Part shown: piece after piece, positions 37,231 to 49,027 of the stretch | Layout: each line of letters opens with the position of its first letter | Position numbering within the stretch: position 1 is the first letter of the stretch | Assembly: GCA_000146465.1 (NCBI GenBank) | Contig: CP001948.1 | Direction: 5' to 3' (one strand) | Length of the DNA stretch: 64,000 nt | The notes under the pieces: model-generated | Databases searched by the model: none | Seen by the model: only the letters and a program-made list of their open reading frames with translations | What the model was told of the DNA's origin: nothing | Position numbers and translations under genes: made by a program

Positions 37231-37258
37231 AAATTTTGCCCTGGTTGACCCCGACAAG
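37231..37258 (+). promoter_or_regulatory. Putative compact core-promoter signal upstream of alpha-tubulin: an AAATTT-like element followed by C-triplets just before the ATG
   Basis: aaattttgccctggttgaccccgacaag|ATG. Similar AAATTT-plus-CCC arrangements lie just upstream of the eL43 ATG (aattttttttacccatcaaaATG, minus strand 18934-18960) and the L17 ATG (gtagccctgaaATG). Confidence 0.3.
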
Positions 37259-38584
37259 ATGAGAGAAATAATTTCATTGCACATAGGACAGGCGGGAGTG
37301 CAGATAGGGAATGCATGCTGGGAACTCTATTGCAAGGAGCATGGGATCTTACCTGATGGGAGACTTGATCAAAACAAGATGGACGACGAGAGTGCAGAAT
37401 CTTTTTTTTCTCAAACAAGTGTTGGGACATACGTTCCGCGCACATTGATGGTTGACCTTGAGCCTGGGGTGCTTGAAAGCATCAAAACAGGGAAGTATCG
37501 AGAGCTGTACCATCCTGGGCAACTTATTTCTGGAAAGGAGGATGCAGCAAACAACTATGCGAGAGGGCATTACACAGTTGGGAAGGAGATAATTGAGCCG
37601 GTGATGGAGCAGATAAGAAGAATGGCAGACAATTGTGATGGGCTGCAGGGGTTCCTGATATACCACAGTTTTGGAGGAGGAACAGGATCTGGATTTGCAT
37701 CTCTAATGATGGACAGACTTGCAGCGGAGTTTGGAAAGAAGAGTAAGCTTGAGTTCAGTGTATATCCGGCACCAAAGATAGCTACAGCAGTTGTAGAGCC
37801 ATACAACAGCATATTGACAACCCATACAACTTTGGACTATTCTGATTGCTCGTTCCTTGTTGACAACGAGGCGATTTATGATATGTGCAGAAACCTAGGG
37901 ATCCAAAGGCCCTATTACACTGACATCAATAGGATAATTGCCCAGGTTGTTTCGTCGATAACAGCATCTCTTCGGTTCCCTGGATCGTTGAATGTCGATC
38001 TAACCGAGTTCCAGACGAATCTGGTTCCTTACCCTCGAATCCACTTCCCCCTTGTTGCATACTCTCCCATGCTGTCGAAAGAAAAGGCAGCACATGAGAA
38101 GCTGAGTGTTCAAGAGATTACAAATGCATGTTTTGAGCCACAAAACCAGATGGTACGATGCGACACAAAGAAGGGAAAGTACATGGCATGCTGTCTCCTG
38201 TTCCGAGGAGATGTGAACCCAAAGGAGGCTAACAATGCAACAGCCAATGTTAAGGCGAAAAGAACCAATCAGTTTGTTGAGTGGTGCCCTACAGGATTCA
38301 AAGTTGGAATAAACAGTAGAAAACCCACTGTTCTCGATGGAGAGGCGATGGCAGAGGTCTCCAGGGCTGTATGTGCACTTTCAAACACTACGGCGATATC
38401 CGAGGCATGGAAGAGGCTTAACAATAAGTTTGACCTAATGTTTTCGAAGCGAGCATTTGTGCATTGGTATGTTGGAGAAGGTATGGAGGAAGGAGAGTTC
38501 AGCGAGGCCCGTGAGGATCTTGCAATGCTCGAAGATGATTATGAAAGAATCTCTTCGAATGCAGAACCCATTGATGAGTATTAA
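37259..38584 (+). CDS. TUB1: Alpha-tubulin
   Basis: [30 protein letters not shown]..., GGGTGSGF, and the alpha-specific loop (no beta-tubulin MREIVH). Confidence 0.98.
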   Translation: MREIISLHIGQAGVQIGNACWELYCKEHGILPDGRLDQNKMDDESAESFFSQTSVGTYVPRTLMVDLEPGVLESIKTGKYRELYHPGQLISGKEDAANNYARGHYTVGKEIIEPVMEQIRRMADNCDGLQGFLIYHSFGGGTGSGFASLMMDRLAAEFGKKSKLEFSVYPAPKIATAVVEPYNSILTTHTTLDYSDCSFLVDNEAIYDMCRNLGIQRPYYTDINRIIAQVVSSITASLRFPGSLNVDLTEFQTNLVPYPRIHFPLVAYSPMLSKEKAAHEKLSVQEITNACFEPQNQMVRCDTKKGKYMACCLLFRGDVNPKEANNATANVKAKRTNQFVEWCPTGFKVGINSRKPTVLDGEAMAEVSRAVCALSNTTAISEAWKRLNNKFDLMFSKRAFVHWYVGEGMEEGEFSEAREDLAMLEDDYERISSNAEPIDEY

Positions 38585-38672
38585 ATTTATTTGGTCAATT
38601 GACATCTCTAGTGTACCTACCTTGAAATCGAAGTTATTCTCTTGTCATAAGGCTAGACTGTATCCCTTGAAA

Positions 38673-39047
38673 ATGGAAGGGGAAGGTAACATGGAAAAGG
38701 TTAAGGAGATGCTCCAAAGATACTCTTCTCGAGGTGGGTCATTCTCTGAGGGAAGCTTTCTGTCTGACATAGATATGTCGGATGCATCTTTTGGATCCTG
38801 GGAAGAGGAGTTGGTAGGTAGAATTATGAAGTCGCTCAGACACTGCAAGGAGATGGCGGAAATGGGGAGAAGAAGGAAAATACGTCTCTCACCCAAGGAG
38901 ACAGCAGAATGTGCATTGATATTGGATAGCATCAAAAGGAACATTAAGGGATTTGGAGAGACAAGGAAAAATTGGATACTCTGGGGTATCCCGATAGGCC
39001 TTTCCTTCCTTGGAATAGCATATATTTCTGCCAAGTATTATTTTTAG
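38673..39047 (+). CDS. Hypothetical tail-anchored membrane protein (possible SNARE-like); the track ORF starts at 38457 with TTG inside the tubulin gene
   Basis: 124 aa from the ATG at 38673; a single C-terminal TM segment, NWILWGIPIGLSFLGIAYISAKYYF. Confidence 0.4.
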   Translation: MEGEGNMEKVKEMLQRYSSRGGSFSEGSFLSDIDMSDASFGSWEEELVGRIMKSLRHCKEMAEMGRRRKIRLSPKETAECALILDSIKRNIKGFGETRKNWILWGIPIGLSFLGIAYISAKYYF

Positions 39048-39109
39048 TCTCCCCTAAAGAAAATAAAGGAATCTTTGGGAGAAGTAAGACGTCTTGTAAA
39101 GGTTTATTC

Positions 39110-39445
39110 TCACACTTTCTCCTCGTCCTTAGACGTCTTTCTGGTCAGCCACTGCATCGCCCTTTGAAGTGATGATTTGACAATGGCAAACAGCTTTTCG
39201 ATTCCAGACAGAAATTGCTTCATAATCCCTGTTTTTTCCCCTATCGGAAAGGGAATCTCAGTGATATATTCCTTGAGCTCATTTATAGTATAGCCCCTAC
39301 TTTTCTCGCTGTGTTTGGGAGGGTTCTGGGCATTCGCAGAGGGCTGTATATTTGATGCTACTTGCTCGTGCATAATGTCGTCTCTTTCCACAATACCATC
39401 TGTATTTCCCTTTTCTTTCGCATGATGTTCTCTTTGCTCCTCCAT
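39110..39445 (-). CDS. Hypothetical protein (111 aa from the ATG at 39445; the track start at 39457 is TTG)
   Basis: MEEQREHHAKEKGN...TGIMKQFLSGIEKLFAIVKSSLQRAMQWL. Confidence 0.3.
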   Translation of the reverse strand: MEEQREHHAKEKGNTDGIVERDDIMHEQVASNIQPSANAQNPPKHSEKSRGYTINELKEYITEIPFPIGEKTGIMKQFLSGIEKLFAIVKSSLQRAMQWLTRKTSKDEEKV

Positions 39446-39579
39446 GTTTGTTGACAAGGGTTGTCTTCCCGATATGATTACTCTTCAAGACATCCGGTAG
39501 AAGACACATAAGTCCACCGTGGATCTGGACAGCAATGGTTTGAACGAACCGTTATAAGTTCCCAGGAAAACTAGGACCC

Positions 39580-41619
39580 ATGGAATCCTGGAAGTCAAAG
39601 TCACTGGAGCACATCAATATACAGTTCCGAAGTATAATGGAGGGAATGGGAATAGACGAAGAGAAGCAGCATAAGCTGGCGGCAAAACTGAATCTATCGA
39701 AGAAGATCAGGACCATCACATCGATGCAAAGCCTAGACGAAAGAAAGAAGAAGATTAAGGAGTATGTGATCAAGCTGAAGGATAGGAATAGCGTACTTAA
39801 CCTTTTGAGCTTGTCGGTTTCGCTTGAAACCGGGCCCAAGGTCCTGTATGATATTTTCAATTCCGAGGGAGGACATGATGTGCTTGTGAGGTGTATGAGG
39901 AGAATGGATGAGGAGTTTGGAGATGTGGTCTGTGATGCCCTGTACATTGTTCTATCCAAATACGGGAACCGCTTTCCGCCATTCCTCAGGCCTCTACTTG
40001 ATGGATTTCTTGGGGGGAAGATCCATGAAACAAGATCTTTTTTCAAGATCCTCGAGTTTCTAGTCAACGAGAACAAGGCTGACGAGCTGTTTTTCAGTAC
40101 GGATTTCAACAAATGTGTTTGTAACACCTATCTGTCCAGGATTATGGAATTCATCAAGGGCATTCCGACGATTGAAGAGGAGTTGAACTTTTTGGTTCCT
40201 CTTCTCAAATCCCCAAAGGCTGTACATGTCCGATACATTTTGTTTGTGTCGGACCTTTCACAGCTTGAGCAGAGGGTAAGCAACAAGGAAGTCTTTGAAA
40301 CCATAATAAAGGAGATCAAACCTGGGGTCAGGCAGGATTGGAAGAGGGGCAGAATTAATGAGGTGGTGAGGCTAGCAGAGATGGAGGGGGTGCTTGATAT
40401 TGCATGCTGTGTTTTTGAAGCATTTGCATTTCGAGACAGCAAGGTATTTGCAGATGTCGAGAAAGCTGTGGAAAAGATGAGCATTCTGGAAGGGGTTGAA
40501 GGAGAAAAGAAGGAACTTCCAAAGGTTGAGAAGAAGGAAGAAGTAGTTAGAAAGCCAGAGGCTGGGAAGACAAAGGGGCCAAAAAAGATAATCAAGAAAG
40601 CGGTTAAGAGTGGAGGGCCAACAAAAAGATATGTTCAGGTGAAGTGGACGAAGATGGGAAAGGGAAATAGCCTATGGAGCAAGATAAATATAGAGGAGAT
40701 GGAAAAGACATTTGGGACCGAGGAGTTTGATGGATTTGAAGTGAAAGGGGAAAAGCCAAAGATATCCCATGGGGAAGCAGAGAAAAGAAGGCCAAGTGTA
40801 TTTTCCGAGAAGAAGAACTATGCGATTAACATTGCTCTTGGAAGGGTGAAGGAAAGCAATCGAGATCTGAAGCGGGCAATACTAGATATGAGGGAGGGAC
40901 TTAATGAAAATCTGGTGAAGCAGCTTCTTTTTTACTTTCCGACGGATGAAGAGATCGAGCTGTTACAAAACACCGAGAATGTATTTGGAAGGGGAGAGGA
41001 GTTTTTCAAAGAAAGTATTGAGGAGATAGAGCTTATGAAGAGGTGCCTTTATTACCTTTACTTTATGATATCATTTAGAAATCAGAATGTATGCAAGACT
41101 CTTAGGATTCTGGAGAGGTATTACACAGTACTTCTAGAAAGTAAGGAGTTCCGACGATTTCTAGGGATTACTCTAGTTGCGGGGAACCATCTGAACAGGG
41201 GGAGCTTCTTGGGAAATGCCGAGGGGTTTACTATGGAATCTATTCCAAAGATATTGGAAGTGAAGAATGATGGAGAAAGCCTGCTAAGCCTGCTGAAAAG
41301 AAAGATCGATGGCGAGCAACTGCTCAAGGATCTGAGTGTGGTATATGATGCAAGCGGAGTCAACTTCGAGGCGTTATGCATGGAAGTTGAGGAGCTCAAG
41401 AAGAACTACATCAATGCAAGCGGATCCACCTTTCTTAAGATACAGGAAAGGATGGAGAGTATACAGGAAGAGTACGAGAAGATATGCTCTCTCCACGATA
41501 AGGTTGGAAAGCTCCATCGGGATTGCAAGGAGTACTTTGGGGAGAAGGTTGATGACGAGTTCAATAGCTGGATTATACTTCTTTTGGACAGGATGTCTCA
41601 TGACATGAAAAAGAAGTAG
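39580..41619 (+). CDS. Formin (FH2 domain protein with a GBD/FH3-like N-terminus); no proline-rich FH1 is evident
   Basis: FH2 signature GNHLNRGSFLGNAEGFTMESIPKILEVKNDGESLLSLL (the GNxMN...GxAxGFxLxSLxKLxDxKS pattern), and the FH2 lasso region KRYVQVKWTKM...LWSKI. Confidence 0.75.
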   Translation: MESWKSKSLEHINIQFRSIMEGMGIDEEKQHKLAAKLNLSKKIRTITSMQSLDERKKKIKEYVIKLKDRNSVLNLLSLSVSLETGPKVLYDIFNSEGGHDVLVRCMRRMDEEFGDVVCDALYIVLSKYGNRFPPFLRPLLDGFLGGKIHETRSFFKILEFLVNENKADELFFSTDFNKCVCNTYLSRIMEFIKGIPTIEEELNFLVPLLKSPKAVHVRYILFVSDLSQLEQRVSNKEVFETIIKEIKPGVRQDWKRGRINEVVRLAEMEGVLDIACCVFEAFAFRDSKVFADVEKAVEKMSILEGVEGEKKELPKVEKKEEVVRKPEAGKTKGPKKIIKKAVKSGGPTKRYVQVKWTKMGKGNSLWSKINIEEMEKTFGTEEFDGFEVKGEKPKISHGEAEKRRPSVFSEKKNYAINIALGRVKESNRDLKRAILDMREGLNENLVKQLLFYFPTDEEIELLQNTENVFGRGEEFFKESIEEIELMKRCLYYLYFMISFRNQNVCKTLRILERYYTVLLESKEFRRFLGITLVAGNHLNRGSFLGNAEGFTMESIPKILEVKNDGESLLSLLKRKIDGEQLLKDLSVVYDASGVNFEALCMEVEELKKNYINASGSTFLKIQERMESIQEEYEKICSLHDKVGKLHRDCKEYFGEKVDDEFNSWIILLLDRMSHDMKKK

Positions 41620-41645
41620 TATTTTGACCATGTCCAAACCCTTGA

Positions 41646-42017
41646 ATGAGAACTATGAAAGAACAATGGGACTCGTTTGAAACAGGGAATCTCACAAAGG
41701 AAACAACAAAGGATCTGTTGAGATTATGTGGATTTGCGCCTCGAGAAAAAGACATATCAATACCTAGGACATTTGATGAGTTTGAGCAGCTTGCGTCCAG
41801 CATTGCATCACCAATACCGAAAGACGAGATGAAGAAGATGTTGAAAATGTTTATACATGAAACACACATCACCAAACAGGATCTTGGAAAGTACATGTCG
41901 ATGGGGGACAAGTTAAGCGAAGAAGAGATGGAGGAGTTCTTTAGAAGCTGTCCATTTGACAGAAACGGGGAGATCACTGCCGACGAGCTTCTTGACTTTC
42001 TGTATGGTTCACAATGA
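41646..42017 (+). CDS. EF-hand calcium-binding protein (myosin light chain / calmodulin-like)
   Basis: C-terminal EF loop FDRNGEITADELLDFL. 123 aa. Confidence 0.6.
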   Translation: MRTMKEQWDSFETGNLTKETTKDLLRLCGFAPREKDISIPRTFDEFEQLASSIASPIPKDEMKKMLKMFIHETHITKQDLGKYMSMGDKLSEEEMEEFFRSCPFDRNGEITADELLDFLYGSQ

Positions 42018-42021
42018 ATAA

Positions 42022-42324
42022 ATGTTTTGTTTTCGTCTGCCTTGCTTTTGTCTTGAAGAGATATTCACTGATAATGATGGCCCTCTGATGCTGACCATTG
42101 ATGAAATAGTGGGGGAAAAGGATCTTGTCCAGCTGTTCCGAACGATTGTAAGGAAAGGGGAAGTAAAGTTCCTAAACAGACAATATATAGTAAAGAGGAT
42201 AAGAGAGTTTGCGCCTTTGTCGATGGAGGATCTTGAGGGGCTTTACGATGAAGATATTCTAGAGGAGCTGGAGAGAAACAGAAGGTGGTCTATTTTAAGG
42301 AGGCTGAAAAGAGACAGGAAATGA
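42022..42324 (+). CDS. Hypothetical small protein
   Basis: 100-aa ATG ORF starting 5 nt after the previous stop; an acidic LEGLYDEDILEELERN segment. Confidence 0.3.
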   Translation: MFCFRLPCFCLEEIFTDNDGPLMLTIDEIVGEKDLVQLFRTIVRKGEVKFLNRQYIVKRIREFAPLSMEDLEGLYDEDILEELERNRRWSILRRLKRDRK

Positions 42325-42394
42325 GAGCCCTGGCTGATCTGATTGATTTTGCTGTTTCACCCACCCTTATAAACAAAAATACTGAAAATCCCTA

Positions 42395-43009
42395 ATGGTG
42401 GTTCTCACAACCCAGGGGAATTCCAATAGAAAGATCTTTGAAATAAGAGATGGAACTGCATTGGGAGACTTGCTCCGAGACTATGTTCGGGCATTGGAAC
42501 TATACTCGATCGATATGGAGAGTGTGAGGGAATCTTTATCCTCGATTTTTGCATACATATTTCTTTTAACTGTGCAGATCTTCGGGTTCCTGTGGGTCGT
42601 CTCATGGACTGAAGGCAAAAAAGGGATAAGTTCTGCTGCAGGACTGTCTTTTGGGGCCTTTTGTGTGATGACTATGTTCTTCTTTGGAGCCGGATATATT
42701 TACAAAGAAATCCTCAAGAAAAGAGCTGATTCGTCATACATCTCGTATGTCTATGTGGTTGGGCTTTCTGTTGTACACTACCCGTATCTTATGTTTATAG
42801 GACTATTGGCAAAGAATATATGGATGTTTCTTTGTATGATGGCCATCACCTCGATTTCCCAGTTTCTTATCCGATCATCTATGCTGAGGAACCACAACTT
42901 CGAGAGCAGTAGAGATGGATTTATGTTTGACATTGCCTCGTTTATCCTCCAGTGTGGGTTCTGTTTTGGAAGTCTTTCTCTCTTTAGTTTCCTATCGCCT
43001 GGGAATTAA
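42395..43009 (+). CDS. Hypothetical polytopic membrane protein (about 4 TM)
   Basis: Hydrophobic segments IFAYIFLLTVQIFGFLWVV, LSFGAFCVMTMFFFGAGYI, VYVVGLSVVHYPYLMFIGLL and WMFLCMMAITSISQFLI. Confidence 0.4.
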   Translation: MVVLTTQGNSNRKIFEIRDGTALGDLLRDYVRALELYSIDMESVRESLSSIFAYIFLLTVQIFGFLWVVSWTEGKKGISSAAGLSFGAFCVMTMFFFGAGYIYKEILKKRADSSYISYVYVVGLSVVHYPYLMFIGLLAKNIWMFLCMMAITSISQFLIRSSMLRNHNFESSRDGFMFDIASFILQCGFCFGSLSLFSFLSPGN

Positions 43010-43057
43010 ACTTTTTAAGTAAGAACAGAATATTTACTTTATTTAACTCTGTTTCCT

Positions 43058-44038
43058 TCAGTTGTATGTCTTGTTTAACTCGTATCCCTTTCCAGATGCC
43101 CAAGCAATATTGATTCCATTGTTTGTGTCCACCTGATGGATGGTTTTTCCATCTTCAATCCCAAGGTTCTTTATGAAAGAAATCAGATAAAACAACCTAC
43201 GGCATTCGAGAGACTCAAGAAGATTGCACTTCTTGTAGAACTTGTCCTTGACTTCCTTCATGCTTGTCTTCTCGCCTCTGGCAATCTTTCCAAACTCGTC
43301 ATGGAAGTAAGAAAGTAGATACAAGCTGTCGACATCATTTAGGAAGGGCTTTCTAACTACGTTTGCAAGCTTCAATACGATGTTTGTAGCACACAATTCC
43401 TGGCTATTGTCATCCTTGGACTTGCACTCTTCAGGATCCGACAAACCAAGGGATGTGATTCCAAGGTCGATTGACTCGGAAGTCACTCTTCCGTTCTTTT
43501 CTAGAAAAGATATTTGAGTACTTCCTCCGCCCATGTCGATGATTCCTAGGCTTTTCTGCTCGTTTTCCTTTCCCTTGTTGGAGAGAATTAGTGCCATGAG
43601 AGCAAATCTTCCTTCATCTATCCCATTTATCACCTCGATCTCCTTGAGATTGTATTCCTTTAGCTCATTCCTTACAAGATCCAGAATGTGGTCTGAACGC
43701 GATTTGTCCAATGTTCTGAATCCTGCAGTTCCGTAAAACCCAATAGGCATCTCCTTGATGTTGTTGTAGAACGGCTTTGCATGTGTGAAGAGTTCTCTGA
43801 TTGAGTTTTGGATCTCCTCGTCACTTTTTGCACCTGCTAGGCCTTGAGAATTTGTAAAAAGGCCCTGGTGCTTGATCTCTCCATCAACAAACCCATATAT
43901 ATTCAATCTTGTTCCTGTGGATCCTGCATCTATTACCCCACTGTATGTCATCTTGGACGGGGAAAAGGCCTTGGAATTGGAGGGGGAAGAAAGACCTAAG
44001 ATAATTCCTGGGAGCAAGAGGAGCAGCATAGTATCCAT
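43058..44038 (-). CDS. GDA1/CD39-family nucleoside tri/diphosphatase (apyrase/Golgi GDPase-like) with a signal peptide
   Basis: Apyrase conserved regions: YSGVIDAGSTGTRLNIY (ACR1), GTAGFR (ACR2), INGIDEGRFALMAL (ACR3), IDMGGGSTQISF (ACR4). Confidence 0.85.
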   Translation of the reverse strand: MDTMLLLLLPGIILGLSSPSNSKAFSPSKMTYSGVIDAGSTGTRLNIYGFVDGEIKHQGLFTNSQGLAGAKSDEEIQNSIRELFTHAKPFYNNIKEMPIGFYGTAGFRTLDKSRSDHILDLVRNELKEYNLKEIEVINGIDEGRFALMALILSNKGKENEQKSLGIIDMGGGSTQISFLEKNGRVTSESIDLGITSLGLSDPEECKSKDDNSQELCATNIVLKLANVVRKPFLNDVDSLYLLSYFHDEFGKIARGEKTSMKEVKDKFYKKCNLLESLECRRLFYLISFIKNLGIEDGKTIHQVDTNNGINIAWASGKGYELNKTYN

Positions 44039-44181
44039 TTGAGTTTGTTTTTTTGTTCGAAGCAGAAATCTTCCATCTTGTTTTAGATCATCAACGCCGA
44101 AAAGATAAAGAGGCTCAACAGAAGTACTATATGGGAGTTGGATGGATTTCTATTGAATAATAGATTTGAAGTCTCCCCTGT

Positions 44182-45126
44182 ATGGCAACGCTGTCTCAGA
44201 AGAAACTTGTAGAGTCCATAAAACTGATTGAAAGAGAGTGGATAAAGATGCACAAGGCATTAGCCAGATCAAGATGTGGAGAGGTAAAGGAAGTCAAGTA
44301 CAAGTATGTCGAAATGATTGGGAGAGGGTCTTTTGGAGTAGTTGTTAAAATAATGGATGACAGACTTAATTTCTTTGCTCTGAAGAGAGTTTACCAAGAC
44401 AGGAGATATCACAATAGAGAACTCAGTATATTGATGGAAGTAGACCATCCAAACATTGTGAGACTTGTATCGTACTTCTATACGGATAAGACCCCATCTG
44501 GAATGTATCTTAACATTATTACGGACTTTGTTGGGATGAATCTGGAGGAGTACATGAAGGCAAATAGAAATGTAGAAATAGACACGATTAGACCAATATA
44601 CAGGCAGATTTTGGAAGGGCTGGAATATTTACATGAGAAGAAGATATGCCACAGAGATATGAAACCATCCAATATACTCATAGGCCCAAATGGGTTGGTC
44701 AAGATTTGTGATCTTGGAAGTGCAAAGGTTATTGGCAATGGGGAGAAGAATATAACATACATATGCTCCAGATTCTACAGGGCACCCGAGAACCTTCTGG
44801 ACTACAAGGAGTATGATTTTAAGATAGACATATGGTCTGTAGGATGCGTTGTTGCAGAGTTTAGACACTCTGGGCCTATGTTTAAAGGAGATACGAGTGG
44901 ATCCACACTCAACAGGATTCTGGAAATTGTTAAAGCTTCTGAGGACGATTTGATTGGACTCGGATGCCAAAGGACCGATTACAAGCCTGGAGTAGGGGTG
45001 AGGAAGTATCTTGAGAAGCTCTTCGATGATCCCGATCTTCTTGAAGTTCTGGAGAAGTCCTTGGTATTTTCTCCCAGTAAGAGATCCACTGCTTCTTCGT
45101 TGCTAAAGAGTCGGTTTTTCCAATGA
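44182..45126 (+). CDS. CMGC Ser/Thr protein kinase, GSK-3-like
   Basis: IGRGSFGVVVK, HRDMKPSNILIGPNGLVKICDLGSAK, and the activation segment YICSRFYRAPE (GSK3: YICSRYYRAPE). Confidence 0.75.
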   Translation: MATLSQKKLVESIKLIEREWIKMHKALARSRCGEVKEVKYKYVEMIGRGSFGVVVKIMDDRLNFFALKRVYQDRRYHNRELSILMEVDHPNIVRLVSYFYTDKTPSGMYLNIITDFVGMNLEEYMKANRNVEIDTIRPIYRQILEGLEYLHEKKICHRDMKPSNILIGPNGLVKICDLGSAKVIGNGEKNITYICSRFYRAPENLLDYKEYDFKIDIWSVGCVVAEFRHSGPMFKGDTSGSTLNRILEIVKASEDDLIGLGCQRTDYKPGVGVRKYLEKLFDDPDLLEVLEKSLVFSPSKRSTASSLLKSRFFQ

Positions 45127-45250
45127 GTACATGCCCATTGGTCTTCGATATTGTACAGCCGAATTTTGTTCTGCATGTAATGCAGAGTGTATTTTGATGT
45201 AATTAAACATCTTTTTGAACAGGAAGAAGATTAGAAATGGGGATTTTTAT

Positions 45251-47362
<2,112 letters not shown>

Positions 47363-47459
47363 TTATTTATACATGAAAAGAAGGTTAGATGAAGTTTATT
47401 GATAAACAAAATTGATAACCAATTAATTTCCATGAATTCATTATCTTGGGAGGGGATTT

Positions 47460-48164
47460 GTGGAAAGCAATAGACTTCAGATATCCCCAATGAGAATTTC
47501 TCTGAAAGACGAGAAGTTTTTTCGAACCATGATAGGTGTATTTGCCGATAAAGGGAACATCGAATTTGATATAAGGCCGGAGGAAATCACAGCCTCATCG
47601 TGTGGTCAAAGTAATTTTTATTTGGTGATAAATAACGATGTGTTTACGGCTGATGGAGAATGTTTATCATTTGTTGTGAAAGCTCAGCACCTACTTGAGG
47701 GTATAAATGCTCTAGGCCGATATGATCTCGTTATTGAGGACGATCTTAAGCTTTTAGACGGAGGGAACACTATATTTATTCCTTTTCTACCAGCGCCAAA
47801 AAGCGAATACGAGGAGCCTGACACTCCTGTCGCAAAGCTCGTTGTAAGCCCTGAGCTACTGGAGGCATTTGGGATGCTGAAGGGGGTTGTGACATATGAA
47901 ATAGAGGGAAACAAGCTATTTATTAGAAAGGCCGGAAGCGATGTTCTGGAGGAAATTGAATTTTTGACGGGAGGATTCATTATAGCTGGAGATCTTCAAT
48001 TTAAGTGTAATAACAGATGGACAGATGTGTTGGCCGGGATCAAGAGTTATGTTGACTCCATAATGCTTACATTTGGCGCAAACACTCTGTGCATTCAATT
48101 TCTATTTAAAAAGTATTCTAGAAGTTATTTAGAGTTGCAGGTCTGGAGATCCCTCGGGGATTGA
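47460..48164 (+). CDS. PCNA-family sliding-clamp-like protein (divergent; PCNA itself or a 9-1-1 subunit)
   Basis: FFRTMIGVFADKGNIEFDIRPEEITASSCGQSNFYLVINNDVF parallels the PCNA N-terminus (LFKRIIDGFKDCVQLVNFQC...VLLVSLEI); MLTFGANTLCIQFLFK resembles LTFGAKYLLDIIK. Confidence 0.45.
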   Translation: MESNRLQISPMRISLKDEKFFRTMIGVFADKGNIEFDIRPEEITASSCGQSNFYLVINNDVFTADGECLSFVVKAQHLLEGINALGRYDLVIEDDLKLLDGGNTIFIPFLPAPKSEYEEPDTPVAKLVVSPELLEAFGMLKGVVTYEIEGNKLFIRKAGSDVLEEIEFLTGGFIIAGDLQFKCNNRWTDVLAGIKSYVDSIMLTFGANTLCIQFLFKKYSRSYLELQVWRSLGD

Positions 48165-48206
48165 TTTAGGGCCCGGAGATAAAAAGAAACGGCCATAATA
48201 CCCCAA

Positions 48207-48977
48207 ATGGAAAGCAAAGGGTCGAATTACCACTGGGCCGAGTCCGACTTGTCTGGCTGGGCAAAGGATAAGATCAAGGAGACCTTAGAACATCGAGGCT
48301 ACAAAGTGAATGAGATGGATGTGATGGTTAAGATATGCCAAAGGATGAATACATTAGGGCTGGTGTATATGATAGGCTTTGAGTGCACGAAGGATGGAAA
48401 GTATTGTAGCATAAGAAACTTCTACTCTGTGTCTGAAAAGGCAGAAGGGATGGAAGACTTCGAATGGTTTCCCGGGTTTTTCTCGGAGCTTGAGGAAGAG
48501 GCAATACTCAAGTTTGGAAGCCGAGTTCTGGATACTAATAGGCAAGTGGAGGAGAGAAAACCTTGTGTCAGGAGTATAGATGCTGAGGATGCAAAGACTG
48601 TAGACATAAGTTACAAGGCAAGCATTAACTGCGAGATTAATGAGTTCAAGAATTTCATCCTATCCCAAGAATATATTTCCATGTGGAGTGGGTATAGGGC
48701 AACCTTTGATGGAGACGACATCCTAATTGACGGGGTAATCATCCGGAGACTCCGAGAAGAGAACGGATGTATCAGGATGGAGTGGAAACTCGAGAGATGG
48801 AGTCACTTCACAGAAGTTAAGATATCTCTCGAGTCTTTTCTTAATAGCTCAAAGGTAACAGTGAAACAAAAGGCTGTTCCAATCAAGGAAGAGAAAAGCA
48901 TTAGAATGTGGTGGCATGAGAAAGTATTTGCCTCGATTTCTACTTGCTTTGGATTTATCCTAAAGCCTCTAGAATAA
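48207..48977 (+). CDS. AHA1: Aha1 (activator of Hsp90 ATPase) homolog
   Basis: NYHWAESDLSGWAKDKIKETL matches NWHWTERDASNWSTDKLKTLF; the C-terminal RMEWKLERWSHFTEVKISL...MWWHEKVFASI matches the AHSA1 C-terminal domain. Confidence 0.7.
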   Translation: MESKGSNYHWAESDLSGWAKDKIKETLEHRGYKVNEMDVMVKICQRMNTLGLVYMIGFECTKDGKYCSIRNFYSVSEKAEGMEDFEWFPGFFSELEEEAILKFGSRVLDTNRQVEERKPCVRSIDAEDAKTVDISYKASINCEINEFKNFILSQEYISMWSGYRATFDGDDILIDGVIIRRLREENGCIRMEWKLERWSHFTEVKISLESFLNSSKVTVKQKAVPIKEEKSIRMWWHEKVFASISTCFGFILKPLE

Positions 48978-49027
48978 TCTGCAGGGCTTGACTACAATAA
49001 AACACAAGATTTCTAAATCGAGTATAA

